64,000 nt of DNA from a virus (IMGVR_UViG_3300045256_000653:14356-78355); one strand, 5' to 3'; counted from the first letter of the stretch, positions 1 through 10,824 are shown. Notes: generated by a model not told the origin, from the letters alone. Translations and numbers: made by a program.

Positions 1-805
1 CAGCGGAGACCCCTGTTGCAGCGACGGCATTGACGCACGCAATCTGGGCGTTCGTCTGAAAGCTGGCCGTGTTACCAAACCACGAATCGACGGTCGTAGA
101 CCCGCCCGTGCCGCGAACGGCGATGGCCTTTGGTGACGTGGCGAGCGTGTTCCCAGTTCCGCCACCCCACGGCGGAACCGACGCAGTACAACCAGCGGAC
201 GCAGCCATCGTCGTAAAGAGCTGGGCGGACTCTCCCGACACATCGAAGACGCCGTAGAAGATTTGGCCGTTGACCGTGCTGCCTGCCGTGCTCTTGGAAA
301 ACACGACCTCGCGGACGAACGTAACGATCGTGCCCGTTGGGACCATCGTGGCTCCCGAGGTTGCGCCGGTGATCGTGTGGCTGTTGTCGAACGTCCCCGT
401 GCGAGGGAGGACCACTGCCCAGCCTGAAAGGCCAACGGAGTCCCAGATGAATCCGACCAGCTCACCCTCGGCCGCCGATGTTGCCTGTGTGATCGTTTCG
501 CCACGAACCGGAACGCCGGTGGGGGCCGCGTTCAGAGGGATCTTCAAGACCGAAGGACCCCTAAGAACAATCCAGCCGTTCGACGAATCGCTGAGAGAGT
601 TCACGGGATAGGCGTCGGCCGTGGGGTCGGCGTTGCCACCCCACTTGTCGTTCGATTGCGTGCCGGTCGTATCCTTCGTGGTCCCGTCCGAGCTGGCCAT
701 CGTGGTCCAACCGGCCGCCTTCATGATTCGCGAGAGCTTCCAGACGCACTGGAAGACGTTCGTTGCCGAAGGGATGGGGAAATTGGTTGCGAATTTGTTG
801 GCCAT
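1..805 (-). CDS. Putative virion structural/tail-associated protein (partial, runs off window)
   Basis: Open frame from ATG 805 (MANKFATNFPIPSATNVFQCVWKLSRIMKAAGWT...) to window edge; Gly/Thr/Ala-rich, co-oriented with tail-fibre array. Confidence 0.7.
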   Translation of the reverse strand, partial: MANKFATNFPIPSATNVFQCVWKLSRIMKAAGWTTMASSDGTTKDTTGTQSNDKWGGNADPTADAYPVNSLSDSSNGWIVLRGPSVLKIPLNAAPTGVPVRGETITQATSAAEGELVGFIWDSVGLSGWAVVLPRTGTFDNSHTITGATSGATMVPTGTIVTFVREVVFSKSTAGSTVNGQIFYGVFDVSGESAQLFTTMAASAGCTASVPPWGGGTGNTLATSPKAIAVRGTGGSTTVDSWFGNTASFQTNAQIACVNAVAATGVSA

Positions 806-810
806 GGGGA

Positions 811-3267
811 TTACTCGTAGGTGACTTCGAGGCGTGCGTTGCTGAGGGTGGCAGCATCGGTCCCGCCGCCACCGGTAATCCAAACGCGGACCGAGTACAT
901 CTTGTTGTCTTTCAGATTGCCGGCGGCAGCGCCGAGCGTGAGCGTCGCGCTGACCTCCGAAGGGCCAGCGTTCGTTGTTGTGAGGCTCGTGCCGGTCACG
1001 GTCTCAGCATCCGTCTCGTTGTACAGATCGACGTGCGCCGTACCGGCCGTAGTTTCGAGCGTTGCCTTGAAACGCACTGTCCTGTTGAGCGCGCCGAGCG
1101 TCGAGGCGTAGCGGGATGTGAGAACAATCCTGGACGCGGCCCGTTGGGGCGTCGTCGTGGTGTTGCTCACTGCATTCGCGTCGAGGACCAGCTCGTTGTA
1201 GACGAACGGCGCCGTGTTCGGGAACGACGTCGGTGTCCACGCCGAACCGTTCCATCGGAGCAAGTCTCCAGTTGACGGGACACCCGCACCCACCGCGTGC
1301 GTCTGCAAAGCTACGACGGTAGCGTTGTTCGTGGTGCCGGTGAGGTCACCCCCGACGACGGTGGGCCCGCCGCTTCCGCCAACGGGCTGGCGAGCGTAGT
1401 GGCGGTACTTCGCCCGGAGGTACGCTTCGACGCGCGAGCACTCCTCGGTCGTGAGAGCACGATTGAAGACGATCACCTCGGCCCAAGAGAAGGCGCCTGC
1501 TGTAGCGCCCGCGCTGTCCGCGCCGATGGCGAAGATGTCGTTCGTGGTTCCGGTTCCCGGATCACCCGTCGAAACGCCGTTGGTCGTAGCGAACTGCGTT
1601 CCGTTCATGAACGCAACGTGACCCGCGTGCGTGCCGTCCATCGAGACGCGGATCGTCTTGGGAGTGCTACCGAAGGCGCCCCACGTGCCGTTTTCGTTCC
1701 AGGTGGAGGAACCCGTTCCGTTTCGGTTGCCCGCGAAGATTGCTGGGGTTGCTCCGAAGAGGTAGTCCTGCACGGCTCCGCGCGTCCAGAAGTATTTGCC
1801 GGCGACCGACAGGCCAGTGGACACCATGAAGACCGTGAACGTCCCCAGGGTAAAGGCCGTGGTGGCCAAGAAATCGTCAACGCCGTCGTGCGTGATCGCC
1901 GGATAGCCAGAGAAGGCGGCCGAGTTCAGAGTGAGCGACGGTTGTTTTGTTGTGGTGAGCTGGTTCAGGTGGTGGCCATTACCGCTCTGGTCGGCTACCT
2001 GCGAGAGGTTGCCCGTCGTGATGTCGCGCGTGAGCCCGGTGTCACTCTTCCACCATGCCGTGAGCCCCGTGATGTTCGAGGGCATCTCGACACGTTCGCC
2101 TTCGATCGTGATGAAGCCCTGGACTGGAATCGAGCCAGCCGCCGAGGTGTCGAGTGCGAACGTCTGTCCGAGATAATTCGATGGCCCTTGGCACTCGATC
2201 ATCTCGAAGAGGAGCGGTGCCGTTGTGAAGACGATCGATTTCGGGGTCGCCGAGATGGATGTCGTGTCCCATCCTTGGGCGTGGCAACGTTCGAGCTTGA
2301 GGTGATCGACCTGGGCCGCCAGGCGCATCGCGCGAACGCCACCGAAGGCCGCCTGGTATGTGAAGGTGACTTCTTCTAGGACCAGCGAACGGACAGGGCT
2401 GTCCACTCGAATGCCGTCGCCGCTTCCTGGAGTCGGGCAGTTGAAGTAGCAGCGTTCGAGCTTGATGTGATCGAACGAGGGTTGATGGAACCCCGCCGCT
2501 TTGATCCACACCTGACCTTGGAGGGCCACCTCATCGAAGAAGCAGTCGCGGATGATCGTGCTTCCGACCGGGTGCTGTCCCGGGAGAGGATCTGCGACAT
2601 GCCCACTGAGGAGGATCCACGCCTTGTTGGCACCAATCGTCTTCGAATACGAGACGCCAAGAAACGAATCGAAGTCGTCGAAGCGGACATTCTCAATGAC
2701 CGATTCTTGTGCACCGACGACGAGCACGCCGCAGTCACTCACAGCCGCAGCGCAGCAACCGTGAAACTGCATGTTGCTGACGCGTGCGTGAACGGCGTCA
2801 ATCCCGAGTGCTCCGGTGTCGAGAGACTCGGTTCGGATGCCCCAGAACGACATGTTCTCGGCTTCCCAAGATTTTCCGCTCAGGTAGAAGGCCGAGGCCG
2901 CATCGAGACCCGAACCGGACGGAGGGTCGCCGATGACAGTGAGATTGCAGATCCGTCCACGTGCGTTCTCGTTCTGGAGAAGGCACATGTGGTGCCCCTT
3001 GTCCAGACTCGGAAGCTGCATCTTGATGACTGCCCCGTTTCCTTCGAGGCTGATGTATGCCGGGCCGTTCGAAGCGAGGAAGTCCGTCGAGACAAAGGAT
3101 ACCCAATTCCAAACGCCGCCATCCCTGGGGAAGGGGATGTGTACCGTTGATCCGCCGACCGTCGTCGCAGAAGAGAGCGCAGCACCAACACCGATGCCGA
3201 TGTCCGCTTGGGTCCCCCCAAATTTGCGAACGTCAAAGACCTCGATGCTGTTCGACTTGTTGCTCAT
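811..3267 (-). CDS. Tail fibre/spike-like protein: pectin-lyase-like beta-helix N-terminus, LamG-like lectin domain, fibre repeat
   Basis: VFDVRKFG start; LTAWWKSD..ADQSGNGHHL..EVIVFNRALT..VEAYLRAKY LamG-like signature; GGDLTGT..LLRWNGSAWTP fibre motif. Confidence 0.7.
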   Translation of the reverse strand: MSNKSNSIEVFDVRKFGGTQADIGIGVGAALSSATTVGGSTVHIPFPRDGGVWNWVSFVSTDFLASNGPAYISLEGNGAVIKMQLPSLDKGHHMCLLQNENARGRICNLTVIGDPPSGSGLDAASAFYLSGKSWEAENMSFWGIRTESLDTGALGIDAVHARVSNMQFHGCCAAAVSDCGVLVVGAQESVIENVRFDDFDSFLGVSYSKTIGANKAWILLSGHVADPLPGQHPVGSTIIRDCFFDEVALQGQVWIKAAGFHQPSFDHIKLERCYFNCPTPGSGDGIRVDSPVRSLVLEEVTFTYQAAFGGVRAMRLAAQVDHLKLERCHAQGWDTTSISATPKSIVFTTAPLLFEMIECQGPSNYLGQTFALDTSAAGSIPVQGFITIEGERVEMPSNITGLTAWWKSDTGLTRDITTGNLSQVADQSGNGHHLNQLTTTKQPSLTLNSAAFSGYPAITHDGVDDFLATTAFTLGTFTVFMVSTGLSVAGKYFWTRGAVQDYLFGATPAIFAGNRNGTGSSTWNENGTWGAFGSTPKTIRVSMDGTHAGHVAFMNGTQFATTNGVSTGDPGTGTTNDIFAIGADSAGATAGAFSWAEVIVFNRALTTEECSRVEAYLRAKYRHYARQPVGGSGGPTVVGGDLTGTTNNATVVALQTHAVGAGVPSTGDLLRWNGSAWTPTSFPNTAPFVYNELVLDANAVSNTTTTPQRAASRIVLTSRYASTLGALNRTVRFKATLETTAGTAHVDLYNETDAETVTGTSLTTTNAGPSEVSATLTLGAAAGNLKDNKMYSVRVWITGGGGTDAATLSNARLEVTYE

Positions 3268-4382
3268 GGATAGATCACGCTCGTGTAGCCGTTGACCTTC
3301 TCGATGCCATAGGAGGGCGTTGCCAAGGAGGTGTCGAGCGTGTAGCCCTCACACTCGTTGATCTCGACGTATGTCGGTGCCGGCGACGTCCACTGAATCT
3401 TCTTGCCCCCCGTCTTGAACTTGAGCAGGCGCGCGATGAACCGGTCGCAATCGCCCACCTTGATGACGACATCTCCAGCAGGAGAATTGCCGAAGTCACA
3501 GTTGTCCACTTCGAGGTTGCGGCAGAAGTCTGCGACGATGCAGGGGTTACCCGAACCCGGATTGAACGCGCAACCGGTGACCTGACCGTGATCGATGACG
3601 AAGCTTCCAGTAGGAAGAATGCCGATACATCCAGCAGGGACGCTCGATTCGAAATAGCACTGCTCAACCTTCACACCACCGTACGCCGTGACAGCGCCGT
3701 CGAGACCCTGGTTGGCCAACCAGAGCCACATGTTACCCGAGCTTCCAGACTTCGAAGTGAGAGACACTCCAGCGATGACCGCTTCTCCGATTTGGAAACG
3801 GCAGCCCTTGACGACGCAGGAGTCACGGAGCCCGCTGATAGAGAGAACGCCGCCTTGAAGGGCGGTCCCCGCGTAGTCGCAGCCTTTGAAAAGACAGCCC
3901 TCCACTAGAGCGGTGTCCGCAACGATTCGGGCGATCCCGTAGTTCGTTGCGTTGCAACTGAGTCCCAAGAACTGGCAGTCCCTCAAGATGCCTGTACGAG
4001 CTTGATTGATCGTCACGACGTTCGGCACATTCACGCCGGGCGCCGGGTTGCCGGTGAAGATCAAATCTTCGACGACGATCATCGCGTTCGAGTTTCCGAC
4101 TTGTAGAAGGGAGACTCCCGCGAGGGGCGCTTGAATGATCGTCCGACCTCGCATCCCACAAACCGTGATGCTCTTGTCGTTGTTGCAGTCGATGTTGACG
4201 AAGGTGGTCCACCCCCATTGGAGGGCGTCTGCACGAGGCGGGATGTAGATGACCCCGCCACCGTCCGCAATCGCAGCATTTCCGGCTGCCTGGACGGCCG
4301 GTCCGATGTCGGTCGGCGAAGAAAGCGCCCCGAATTTACGAATGTCGAATACCTCGACACTGTGGCTGGTCAGGACGCTCAT
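3264..4382 (-). CDS. Pectin-lyase-like beta-helix protein (tailspike/depolymerase-like)
   Basis: VFDIRKFGA..DIGPAVQAA..GGGVIYIP motif; paralog of neighbours; start chosen by alignment to paralogs. Confidence 0.7.
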   Translation of the reverse strand: MSVLTSHSVEVFDIRKFGALSSPTDIGPAVQAAGNAAIADGGGVIYIPPRADALQWGWTTFVNIDCNNDKSITVCGMRGRTIIQAPLAGVSLLQVGNSNAMIVVEDLIFTGNPAPGVNVPNVVTINQARTGILRDCQFLGLSCNATNYGIARIVADTALVEGCLFKGCDYAGTALQGGVLSISGLRDSCVVKGCRFQIGEAVIAGVSLTSKSGSSGNMWLWLANQGLDGAVTAYGGVKVEQCYFESSVPAGCIGILPTGSFVIDHGQVTGCAFNPGSGNPCIVADFCRNLEVDNCDFGNSPAGDVVIKVGDCDRFIARLLKFKTGGKKIQWTSPAPTYVEINECEGYTLDTSLATPSYGIEKVNGYTSVIYP

Positions 4383-4421
4383 GGGCTCGTCCATGCCCGC
4401 CGATAAGAGGGCTATCCGGCG

Positions 4422-4643
4422 TCAGTCGGATGAGTCGCAGTCGCTGCACACGGGGGAGCCATCGACAGGCTGCGGCACGGGACGTCCACCAATGAGGGAC
4501 CCGCATTTCGTCCGCTTGAGTCCGCGCAGTAGGGGATGCCAGGGTCGTCCAGCGGCCCGTACCTCCTGCTCGATCTCTTCAAAGGTGGGCTGGTCGGGGT
4601 GCAGTTTGCACCACTCCTCATCGTTTTTGATGTAGTTGCTCAT
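4422..4643 (-). CDS. Small Cys/His protein (73 aa), possible Zn-binding
   Basis: ATGA overlap with upstream gene; WH..KCG..VCSDC. Confidence 0.55.
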   Translation of the reverse strand: MSNYIKNDEEWCKLHPDQPTFEEIEQEVRAAGRPWHPLLRGLKRTKCGSLIGGRPVPQPVDGSPVCSDCDSSD

Positions 4644-6145
4644 CCGATGTTGAATTCCTTGTAGACGTGCGCGTCGTGCGGCCAGTCGTGCATGTTGTCT
4701 TTGCCGGCACCCGATAGAGCTGCCCAAGAAGTTGGAACGCCCTCTGTGTTGAGGCCGGTAGCGGTGTCGTAGGCGGCAGCGGTCGTCCGGCCACAAAGCT
4801 GGTAGCCGCCGCCAGCCGGATCGGTTGCGCCCTTGATGTAGAATTTGGTCGAGTCCGAATAGGCGAGGCGAGAGCGATCGGTGATCTGGGCTCCGGTCGT
4901 ATTCGCGACGGATGACGATCCCCAAAGTCCTTGCAACCCATAGAAGGCAGACGCCACGCGCGCCCTGGCCTCTCGCTCAACGATCAAACCCCCGTTGAAG
5001 AAGCTGCTTGCGGGCCAGTCGAAGACCCCACAATCCTCGATGGTCAACATCGAGCCGTGTTGATGGGCGAACACGGCCGCGTCCGCAACACCCGTCGATT
5101 GGACGATCGTTTCACCAGCTAGGACGAGTATCCCGCCAAAGTCGCACGCGAGCCCTGCGAGAAAAAGACAGGCATCCGCAAAGTCCCCGTTCGGAGGCAT
5201 CTCGCGCCAGAAGGTGAGATTCGTGAAAATGCAGCTCTGTTGATACCCGAACGTGTTGTACGCATCGATGGAGAACGGCAAGCCGGTGAAGACCCACGTC
5301 CTTGTAAAGCCTGCCGGGACCGAATCGGAGAAGCGGCAGTTCGTGAAGACAGCATTGAGTCCTTCACGATGGAAGTGCCCGGCAAACGCCGAAGAGGATT
5401 GGCTGGCCACCGCAAAGTCGTAGTCACGGAACGCAACAAAGTCGTACGGCGGGGCGCTTGCCAAAGACCCGATAGCCTGCCCGCGACACCGAACGTAATC
5501 GATCTCCAGTTGTCCAGGAGCTTGCAACACCTGGTAGGGATCCCCGGCTTGCGGAGTGGTGAACGTGTTGATGAGGTTTGTTGTGTCGGGAACGGCCCAT
5601 CCACTGGTTCGAACGTTCGTCGCAGACAGAATCTTCGCCACAGCGGATCGCGAGCCCGCACGGGCGCCCGAGGGAATGAAGAGACGCAACCCCACGTCTG
5701 TGGAATCGAAGTCCTGAGTTCCGGGATTGTTCTTGGTAACGTTCCAAGGCGTGTTCGTTGAGCGGACGCGCGTCGTGATAGCTCCAAGCGTGCCGCTCTT
5801 CTTCACGGTGAGCGCTGGCGCCTGGAAGACGATTTGCAGAGGTCCCGAGGGATTCATCTGCTGGAGATCCAAGTCCAGGCGCAGCGGGTCGGCGCCGATT
5901 GGCGGATAGACCTGGTGCGTGATCGTCAGGTTGCTCGTAATCGGATTGTGCGAGATGCGACGTGCAAGCTCCTTGTGTGATTTGATTGGCGCGAGCGCCG
6001 TGCCGGAGTTCTTATCGTCGCCGGTGTTCCAGTTGATGTAGATCGAAGACGTTGCAAGGGAAGCAATGCCGACGGTCGCATCCCAACACTTCCGGTTGTC
6101 CACCGAAAGGTCGTGCATCAGATTTTTGTTGGGGATGCTCGGCAT
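4640..6145 (-). CDS. Virion fibre/adhesin-like protein
   Basis: 501 aa; YINWNTGDDKNSG..PIKS..ELARR module shared with paralogs. Confidence 0.65.
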   Translation of the reverse strand: MPSIPNKNLMHDLSVDNRKCWDATVGIASLATSSIYINWNTGDDKNSGTALAPIKSHKELARRISHNPITSNLTITHQVYPPIGADPLRLDLDLQQMNPSGPLQIVFQAPALTVKKSGTLGAITTRVRSTNTPWNVTKNNPGTQDFDSTDVGLRLFIPSGARAGSRSAVAKILSATNVRTSGWAVPDTTNLINTFTTPQAGDPYQVLQAPGQLEIDYVRCRGQAIGSLASAPPYDFVAFRDYDFAVASQSSSAFAGHFHREGLNAVFTNCRFSDSVPAGFTRTWVFTGLPFSIDAYNTFGYQQSCIFTNLTFWREMPPNGDFADACLFLAGLACDFGGILVLAGETIVQSTGVADAAVFAHQHGSMLTIEDCGVFDWPASSFFNGGLIVEREARARVASAFYGLQGLWGSSSVANTTGAQITDRSRLAYSDSTKFYIKGATDPAGGGYQLCGRTTAAAYDTATGLNTEGVPTSWAALSGAGKDNMHDWPHDAHVYKEFNIG

Positions 6146-6151
6146 GACTTC

Positions 6152-7918
6152 TCAAGTTTGCGAGAGGATGTGGCAGATCTTGGAGCCCGTCTCCAAGTCG
6201 ATGATGTGACCGTCGCCAGGGCCGCCGAAGCCGCCCTGTGCCAACGTCTTGTTGAAGAAGTTGTCGTACGTCAGGTCGAGCAGGATGCTCATGGCGCCCG
6301 ACACCGGATCCAGCGTCACAGCCTTTTCGCCGAAATCATCGGAGTGCCCAATGCTGATGTCCTTCACGACACCAGAAAGCGAGATCATCGACGAGGTGTA
6401 GGCCGTCTCGAAGCGGAGATGTCCGTTGTCGATCGCAGCGATGCCGTACTTGCGCTGATTCGTCTGGTCCGACCCCCAAGCGCGACCAGCTCCGTAAAAG
6501 CCGGACGTGAAGAAGAAAACGAAGCCGCTGTATTGTGCGACGACGCCAGCTTTGATTGCGTGGCCGGGGTAGTCCCACACCTGAGCGCGTGTCAGCCAAA
6601 TCTGGCCGCCTTTTTGCGCCATGATGATTCCGGTTTGAACGAGTGTGTCTGCATCGAGCGGCATGACAGCACCGTCGCTCGCAATGATGCCAAGGTGGCA
6701 GGCCCCGCTTTCGACGTAGAGGAATCCCGGTCCGACACCAATCCAACTGTCAACGCAGTCGCAATTGAGGATGTAGCCGAAGGAGTCCGGATTGGGGCTG
6801 GCGCCCGCAGCAATTTCTGTAACGAAGTCGAACCCACAGGCAACAAAGGCTACGGAGCCCCCGTCGTGAACGATAACGGGTTGGGTGGCAGGGCTCTGGC
6901 TGTCGCCACCCATGATGGTGCGGATCCTGAATCCGTTGAATGCGATACCCGAGCCGTTGTAGTCGCCGTTGCCACGGCTGATGATGTGATCGACGAAGAG
7001 GAGTTGGAGATCCTCAACGACGTAGGGGTCTCCAATCTGCGGAATGACGTCCGTCACTCCGACTTGAGCGAAGTTCGCAGTATAGGCGAACGGCACGGGG
7101 ATGGCCGGATTGCTTGTACGGATGATGCCGTTGGCACCGCTGCCCGGCACGTTGAACGATCCAAGGTTGCCTGGCACTGTCCAGCAAATCGCTCCCGCTC
7201 GCGGTCCACCGGTGATGCGAATGCGCTGCTCAGAATGGTTTCCCTGGCGAACGTTGCCATTCCAGTCGAGCGTCTGGTTGTACCAATAGTCAACATCGTG
7301 CGGCGGGGCCACGGGCGGTGTTTGGTTCGCACCGAGCATGTTGGTGTCGGTAAGCAGCCACGGCGTGTCGTTCGGATAGTTCCGGACGGGCTGCGTGACA
7401 CCAGTGAGCGTGCCCGAGTAATAGACACGTGGAGTCATCGCGTGGACGCGAATCTGCGTCAGCGGGTAGTTCGTTGGTTGCGGCGCCGGAGCGGGATTGG
7501 GGATCCTATGAACCGGGCAGTAAAACTCGGACCGCCACGGGTCGTTCGGGTCATTGCTCCCGTACAGGTAGATGTCGGCTCCGCCTACGGGAGGCTCCCA
7601 GCGCACGCCGACTCGGCGACGATGCTCGCGGAGAGTCTTGAGAGCGGTTCCCTGGAGGAGTCCGTCATTCTCATCGTTGCCGTTGACGAAATCGATGTGC
7701 CACGTCGTTTGCGCAGTGAACTTGGCGTGTGGGATCTCTTTGCGGACCCACCGGGTATTCCCTCCCACGCTGGTGGCCTCCACGGCAATGTGATCGACCG
7801 TGTACGCGGATCCGTTGACGACATACACGAAGTCTGAGGCAACGGAGTCAACGAAGATGGCGTCGCCATCGAAGGAGCCGTATCGCGTCGTCAGGTTGTT
7901 GATTGTTGCTACGCTCAT
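6152..7918 (-). CDS. Virion fibre/adhesin-like protein
   Basis: 588 aa; TVDHIAVEATSVGGNTRWVR and HIDFVNGNDENDG modules shared with paralogs. Confidence 0.65.
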   Translation of the reverse strand: MSVATINNLTTRYGSFDGDAIFVDSVASDFVYVVNGSAYTVDHIAVEATSVGGNTRWVRKEIPHAKFTAQTTWHIDFVNGNDENDGLLQGTALKTLREHRRRVGVRWEPPVGGADIYLYGSNDPNDPWRSEFYCPVHRIPNPAPAPQPTNYPLTQIRVHAMTPRVYYSGTLTGVTQPVRNYPNDTPWLLTDTNMLGANQTPPVAPPHDVDYWYNQTLDWNGNVRQGNHSEQRIRITGGPRAGAICWTVPGNLGSFNVPGSGANGIIRTSNPAIPVPFAYTANFAQVGVTDVIPQIGDPYVVEDLQLLFVDHIISRGNGDYNGSGIAFNGFRIRTIMGGDSQSPATQPVIVHDGGSVAFVACGFDFVTEIAAGASPNPDSFGYILNCDCVDSWIGVGPGFLYVESGACHLGIIASDGAVMPLDADTLVQTGIIMAQKGGQIWLTRAQVWDYPGHAIKAGVVAQYSGFVFFFTSGFYGAGRAWGSDQTNQRKYGIAAIDNGHLRFETAYTSSMISLSGVVKDISIGHSDDFGEKAVTLDPVSGAMSILLDLTYDNFFNKTLAQGGFGGPGDGHIIDLETGSKICHILSQT

Positions 7919-7921
7919 GCA

Positions 7922-10609
7922 TCACCCATCGAACGCTTGGATGAGGAAGGACTGCTCGCTGAGATTGTGCGCGCCGCCGCCGAACCCTCCTGGTTGGGCA
8001 GCGGACAAGTTCGCGTACGTCTCGGCGAGAGGGTTGGAATACGACCCAGCGCCCTCGTTGAAGAATCGCGCTTTCCCTCCGGAGCCAAGTTTGAATTGGC
8101 CCAGGGTCCCGTAGATGTTGGGGAGGTGTTCCCAAGAGCCTTGCGTAGAGCCTCCGACCCAGAGGCCGACCCCCGCCGCTCCGCTTCCAAAGATTGGGAA
8201 GTTGCCTCTGTCCCCGAGTTTCACAAGACCCGCTGTCGAGTGGTGTCCGGGTGTGCCTAGAAGGAGTGCGTGGCCATGCGGGTTATCGCCGAAGGCAACG
8301 GCGTCCCAGATGGAGATCGAACGAATCTGAGTGCCGCCGTGAACAATGACGTACCCGGTCTGGATGGTGGTGTGGTAATCGAGAACGCCCGCATCCCCCA
8401 ACCCACCAGAGACTCGCGCGATGGCGATCCCAAAGTTATCCGTGCGAATGAGAGCGCCGCCGCAATATCCCATACCACCCGAGGGCGATTGCGAGATGCT
8501 GATCTCGTTAAGGCCCCAGGTCCTGCAATTGCCGAAGAGCGTCGTTCCATTGCTAGGGTCATTGAGGAAGTAGCCCTCAATGAGGCACCGGTAGAAGAAG
8601 GCCGGGTTTCCGGTTGAGGTTGTAACCGCGAAGCTTCGATCGTTCGGATTCGTCTGGATCGTAAGGTCCGCGATGTTGGTGTTGCTGGCCGAACCAAATG
8701 TGCCGGACACGTCGAGTACGGAGTCCAGGTAGATGTGGCCGAAGTTCACGGACACGGGATCTTGGATTTGGTACGCGTCGCCGTTCCCCGGGAAGCTGTT
8801 CGTCGGAATCGGGTTGAAGTTCGGCTCGTCCACCGTTTGGGGGACAGAGATCCGCGCCTGGTGCCCGCCGAGGTCTTTCAGGATGTAGGCCCAAGAGTTG
8901 GCAACGGGGAAGAAGATCCGCTTGCCGATGTAGGGCGTCCAGTTGGCGAGGTTGCTGTCCCGAATGATCGTCGGAGAGCCCCCGTTCGCTCCGGTCGGAT
9001 TCCAGGGCGTGAAACCGCCGAGCGCATCCAGAGAGCCCGAGTGGAGGGTGGTCGTGTTCTCTCCGAGGATGCGGATGAACGTGTCCTTCGCGGCGATGAC
9101 GTCCAACTCGAAGCTGTCGGGTGCGTTGATCGGATTCAGAATGTGAATGTTGGTTTCGAGCGAGATGGGTTCCGCAGACAGAACGTTTCGCCTACCCCAC
9201 CGGCGCAGAAGCTCTTGAGCCGTCCTGAGCGGTGCAGGAGATCCGGGCGTGTTCGTGTAGATCCCTTGGTTCTCGTCGTTGCCGTTAACCGAATCGATGT
9301 AGACGTTCGCGATCTTCGTGCGCCAATCGGCGTGGTTGAACGTCGTGCGGATCCAACGGGTGTTTCCGCCGAACGCGGTGGCTTCCACTGTGATGTGATC
9401 GACGGTCTCGGACGAGTTGCTTGCGAAGACGAAGTACGACTTGAGCGTCTGCACGTACGCCTGGTCGCCATCGTGCCCGTACATCGAGGTCAACGCTGCG
9501 ACGTTGGCTGCGAGAAGTTCTCGTCCGCTCGTCTTGACGGTAAGGCTGGCCGGCGTGCCGCCCGAGAAGTTGAGCGAATACCCGGTCGCTTCATCGAAGG
9601 ACACGTAGCCAACGCTCGCCCCGAACTTGATCCGGTTGCCGCTCTGGTAGAAGCCCGTGCGTGCGACTCGGAGAACGTCGGTGCTATCAACGTCGATCGC
9701 ATTGGAGGGGCTTGCCGGACCGGCGAAGGTTCCGCGCTCGACATCCAGCGAGGTGACGTTGCGGACGTAGATGCCGGCGCCGTTCGGAATGAGATCGGAG
9801 GTAGGAACCGTCCATCCACAGCCCGTGAAGGCAACCCGATGGATCCGGAAGCCACCCGTTTGCGGGGCGAGAGCGACGGAATACTTCGCACCGCTGTCGA
9901 ACGTGCAGTTTCGGAACTCGACTTCACCGAGCCCGGACGTCGGTGGGTTGGCCGCCTGGTTTCCGATCCAGATCCAGCCTTTGCCGTTTCCCTTCCCGTG
10001 TGCGGTTCCGTTGAGCGTGCCGCTGTTCTCGAATCGAACGCTGTCGAAGAGAGCGCCCTTCACGGGCAGCGAGTAGCTGATGCAGGCTCCGAGAGCGTCG
10101 GTGCCGCCGAAGTAGCAGCCGCAGAAGTAGAGGTCGCGTGCGTAGACCTTTCCGGCCAAACGAACGATGCCGGAGGCGTCCGTGTCCACTCGGACGCCGT
10201 AGAAGGACAGACCTTCGAGGGCCGCTTGGCTTGCGCCAGCGAGATCGAGAAGGTTCGTGCAGTCGGCGGTGATGATCGGGTTGCCGGCAAAAACAAGCTT
10301 CCGGACAGCCACCATCCCGATCGCGTTTTGAATGACGAGGCGACCGAGTTGCTGGTTGGCCTCTCCGACCTTGATGATGCTCGCCGAGCCCTCCCCAAAA
10401 ATCTCGACGTTGTTGGCGAGGCCGGCAAAGTCCTTCGAGGCCAGAGTGCTCCAAAGCCAAACGCCCGGAGGAATGTAGACACGTCCGCCGCCCGCAAGCG
10501 CGACTTGATTCAGTGCGCTTTGGACTGCCGGTCCGATGTCTTGGTTTTCGATTGCTCCGAACGTTCGGATGTCGAAGACCTCTTCGGAATGTCGGAAGAG
10601 GACATTCAC
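7922..10609 (-). CDS. Mosaic tailspike/fibre protein (beta-helix N-terminus plus shared C-terminal module)
   Basis: GTG start with GTGA overlap; VFDIRTFGA..DIGPAVQSAL; YIDSVNGNDENQG module. Confidence 0.7.
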   Translation of the reverse strand: MNVLFRHSEEVFDIRTFGAIENQDIGPAVQSALNQVALAGGGRVYIPPGVWLWSTLASKDFAGLANNVEIFGEGSASIIKVGEANQQLGRLVIQNAIGMVAVRKLVFAGNPIITADCTNLLDLAGASQAALEGLSFYGVRVDTDASGIVRLAGKVYARDLYFCGCYFGGTDALGACISYSLPVKGALFDSVRFENSGTLNGTAHGKGNGKGWIWIGNQAANPPTSGLGEVEFRNCTFDSGAKYSVALAPQTGGFRIHRVAFTGCGWTVPTSDLIPNGAGIYVRNVTSLDVERGTFAGPASPSNAIDVDSTDVLRVARTGFYQSGNRIKFGASVGYVSFDEATGYSLNFSGGTPASLTVKTSGRELLAANVAALTSMYGHDGDQAYVQTLKSYFVFASNSSETVDHITVEATAFGGNTRWIRTTFNHADWRTKIANVYIDSVNGNDENQGIYTNTPGSPAPLRTAQELLRRWGRRNVLSAEPISLETNIHILNPINAPDSFELDVIAAKDTFIRILGENTTTLHSGSLDALGGFTPWNPTGANGGSPTIIRDSNLANWTPYIGKRIFFPVANSWAYILKDLGGHQARISVPQTVDEPNFNPIPTNSFPGNGDAYQIQDPVSVNFGHIYLDSVLDVSGTFGSASNTNIADLTIQTNPNDRSFAVTTSTGNPAFFYRCLIEGYFLNDPSNGTTLFGNCRTWGLNEISISQSPSGGMGYCGGALIRTDNFGIAIARVSGGLGDAGVLDYHTTIQTGYVIVHGGTQIRSISIWDAVAFGDNPHGHALLLGTPGHHSTAGLVKLGDRGNFPIFGSGAAGVGLWVGGSTQGSWEHLPNIYGTLGQFKLGSGGKARFFNEGAGSYSNPLAETYANLSAAQPGGFGGGAHNLSEQSFLIQAFDG

Positions 10610-10824
10610 GTACCAGCTCCCTTGGCAATGCAGTGCGGGCACTTGCCGTCAGGGTCGAAAGCGCGCTCCGATGCACCGCGAAGATCTTTGCCGCACATGG
10701 CGACGATGGACCTATCCGACTTGTACCGGGCGATGTCCGCGCAGTGGTACGTGGTCTCAAGTTCGAACTTGATCCAGAGCGGACCGGTGAACGGGCTGTT
10801 GTTGTCGAAAGGCATCATCGGCAT
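10606..10824 (-). CDS. Small Cys/His protein (72 aa), possible Zn-binding
   Basis: YH..MCGK..KCPHC; similar layout to 4422-4643. Confidence 0.55.
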   Translation of the reverse strand: MPMMPFDNNSPFTGPLWIKFELETTYHCADIARYKSDRSIVAMCGKDLRGASERAFDPDGKCPHCIAKGAGT

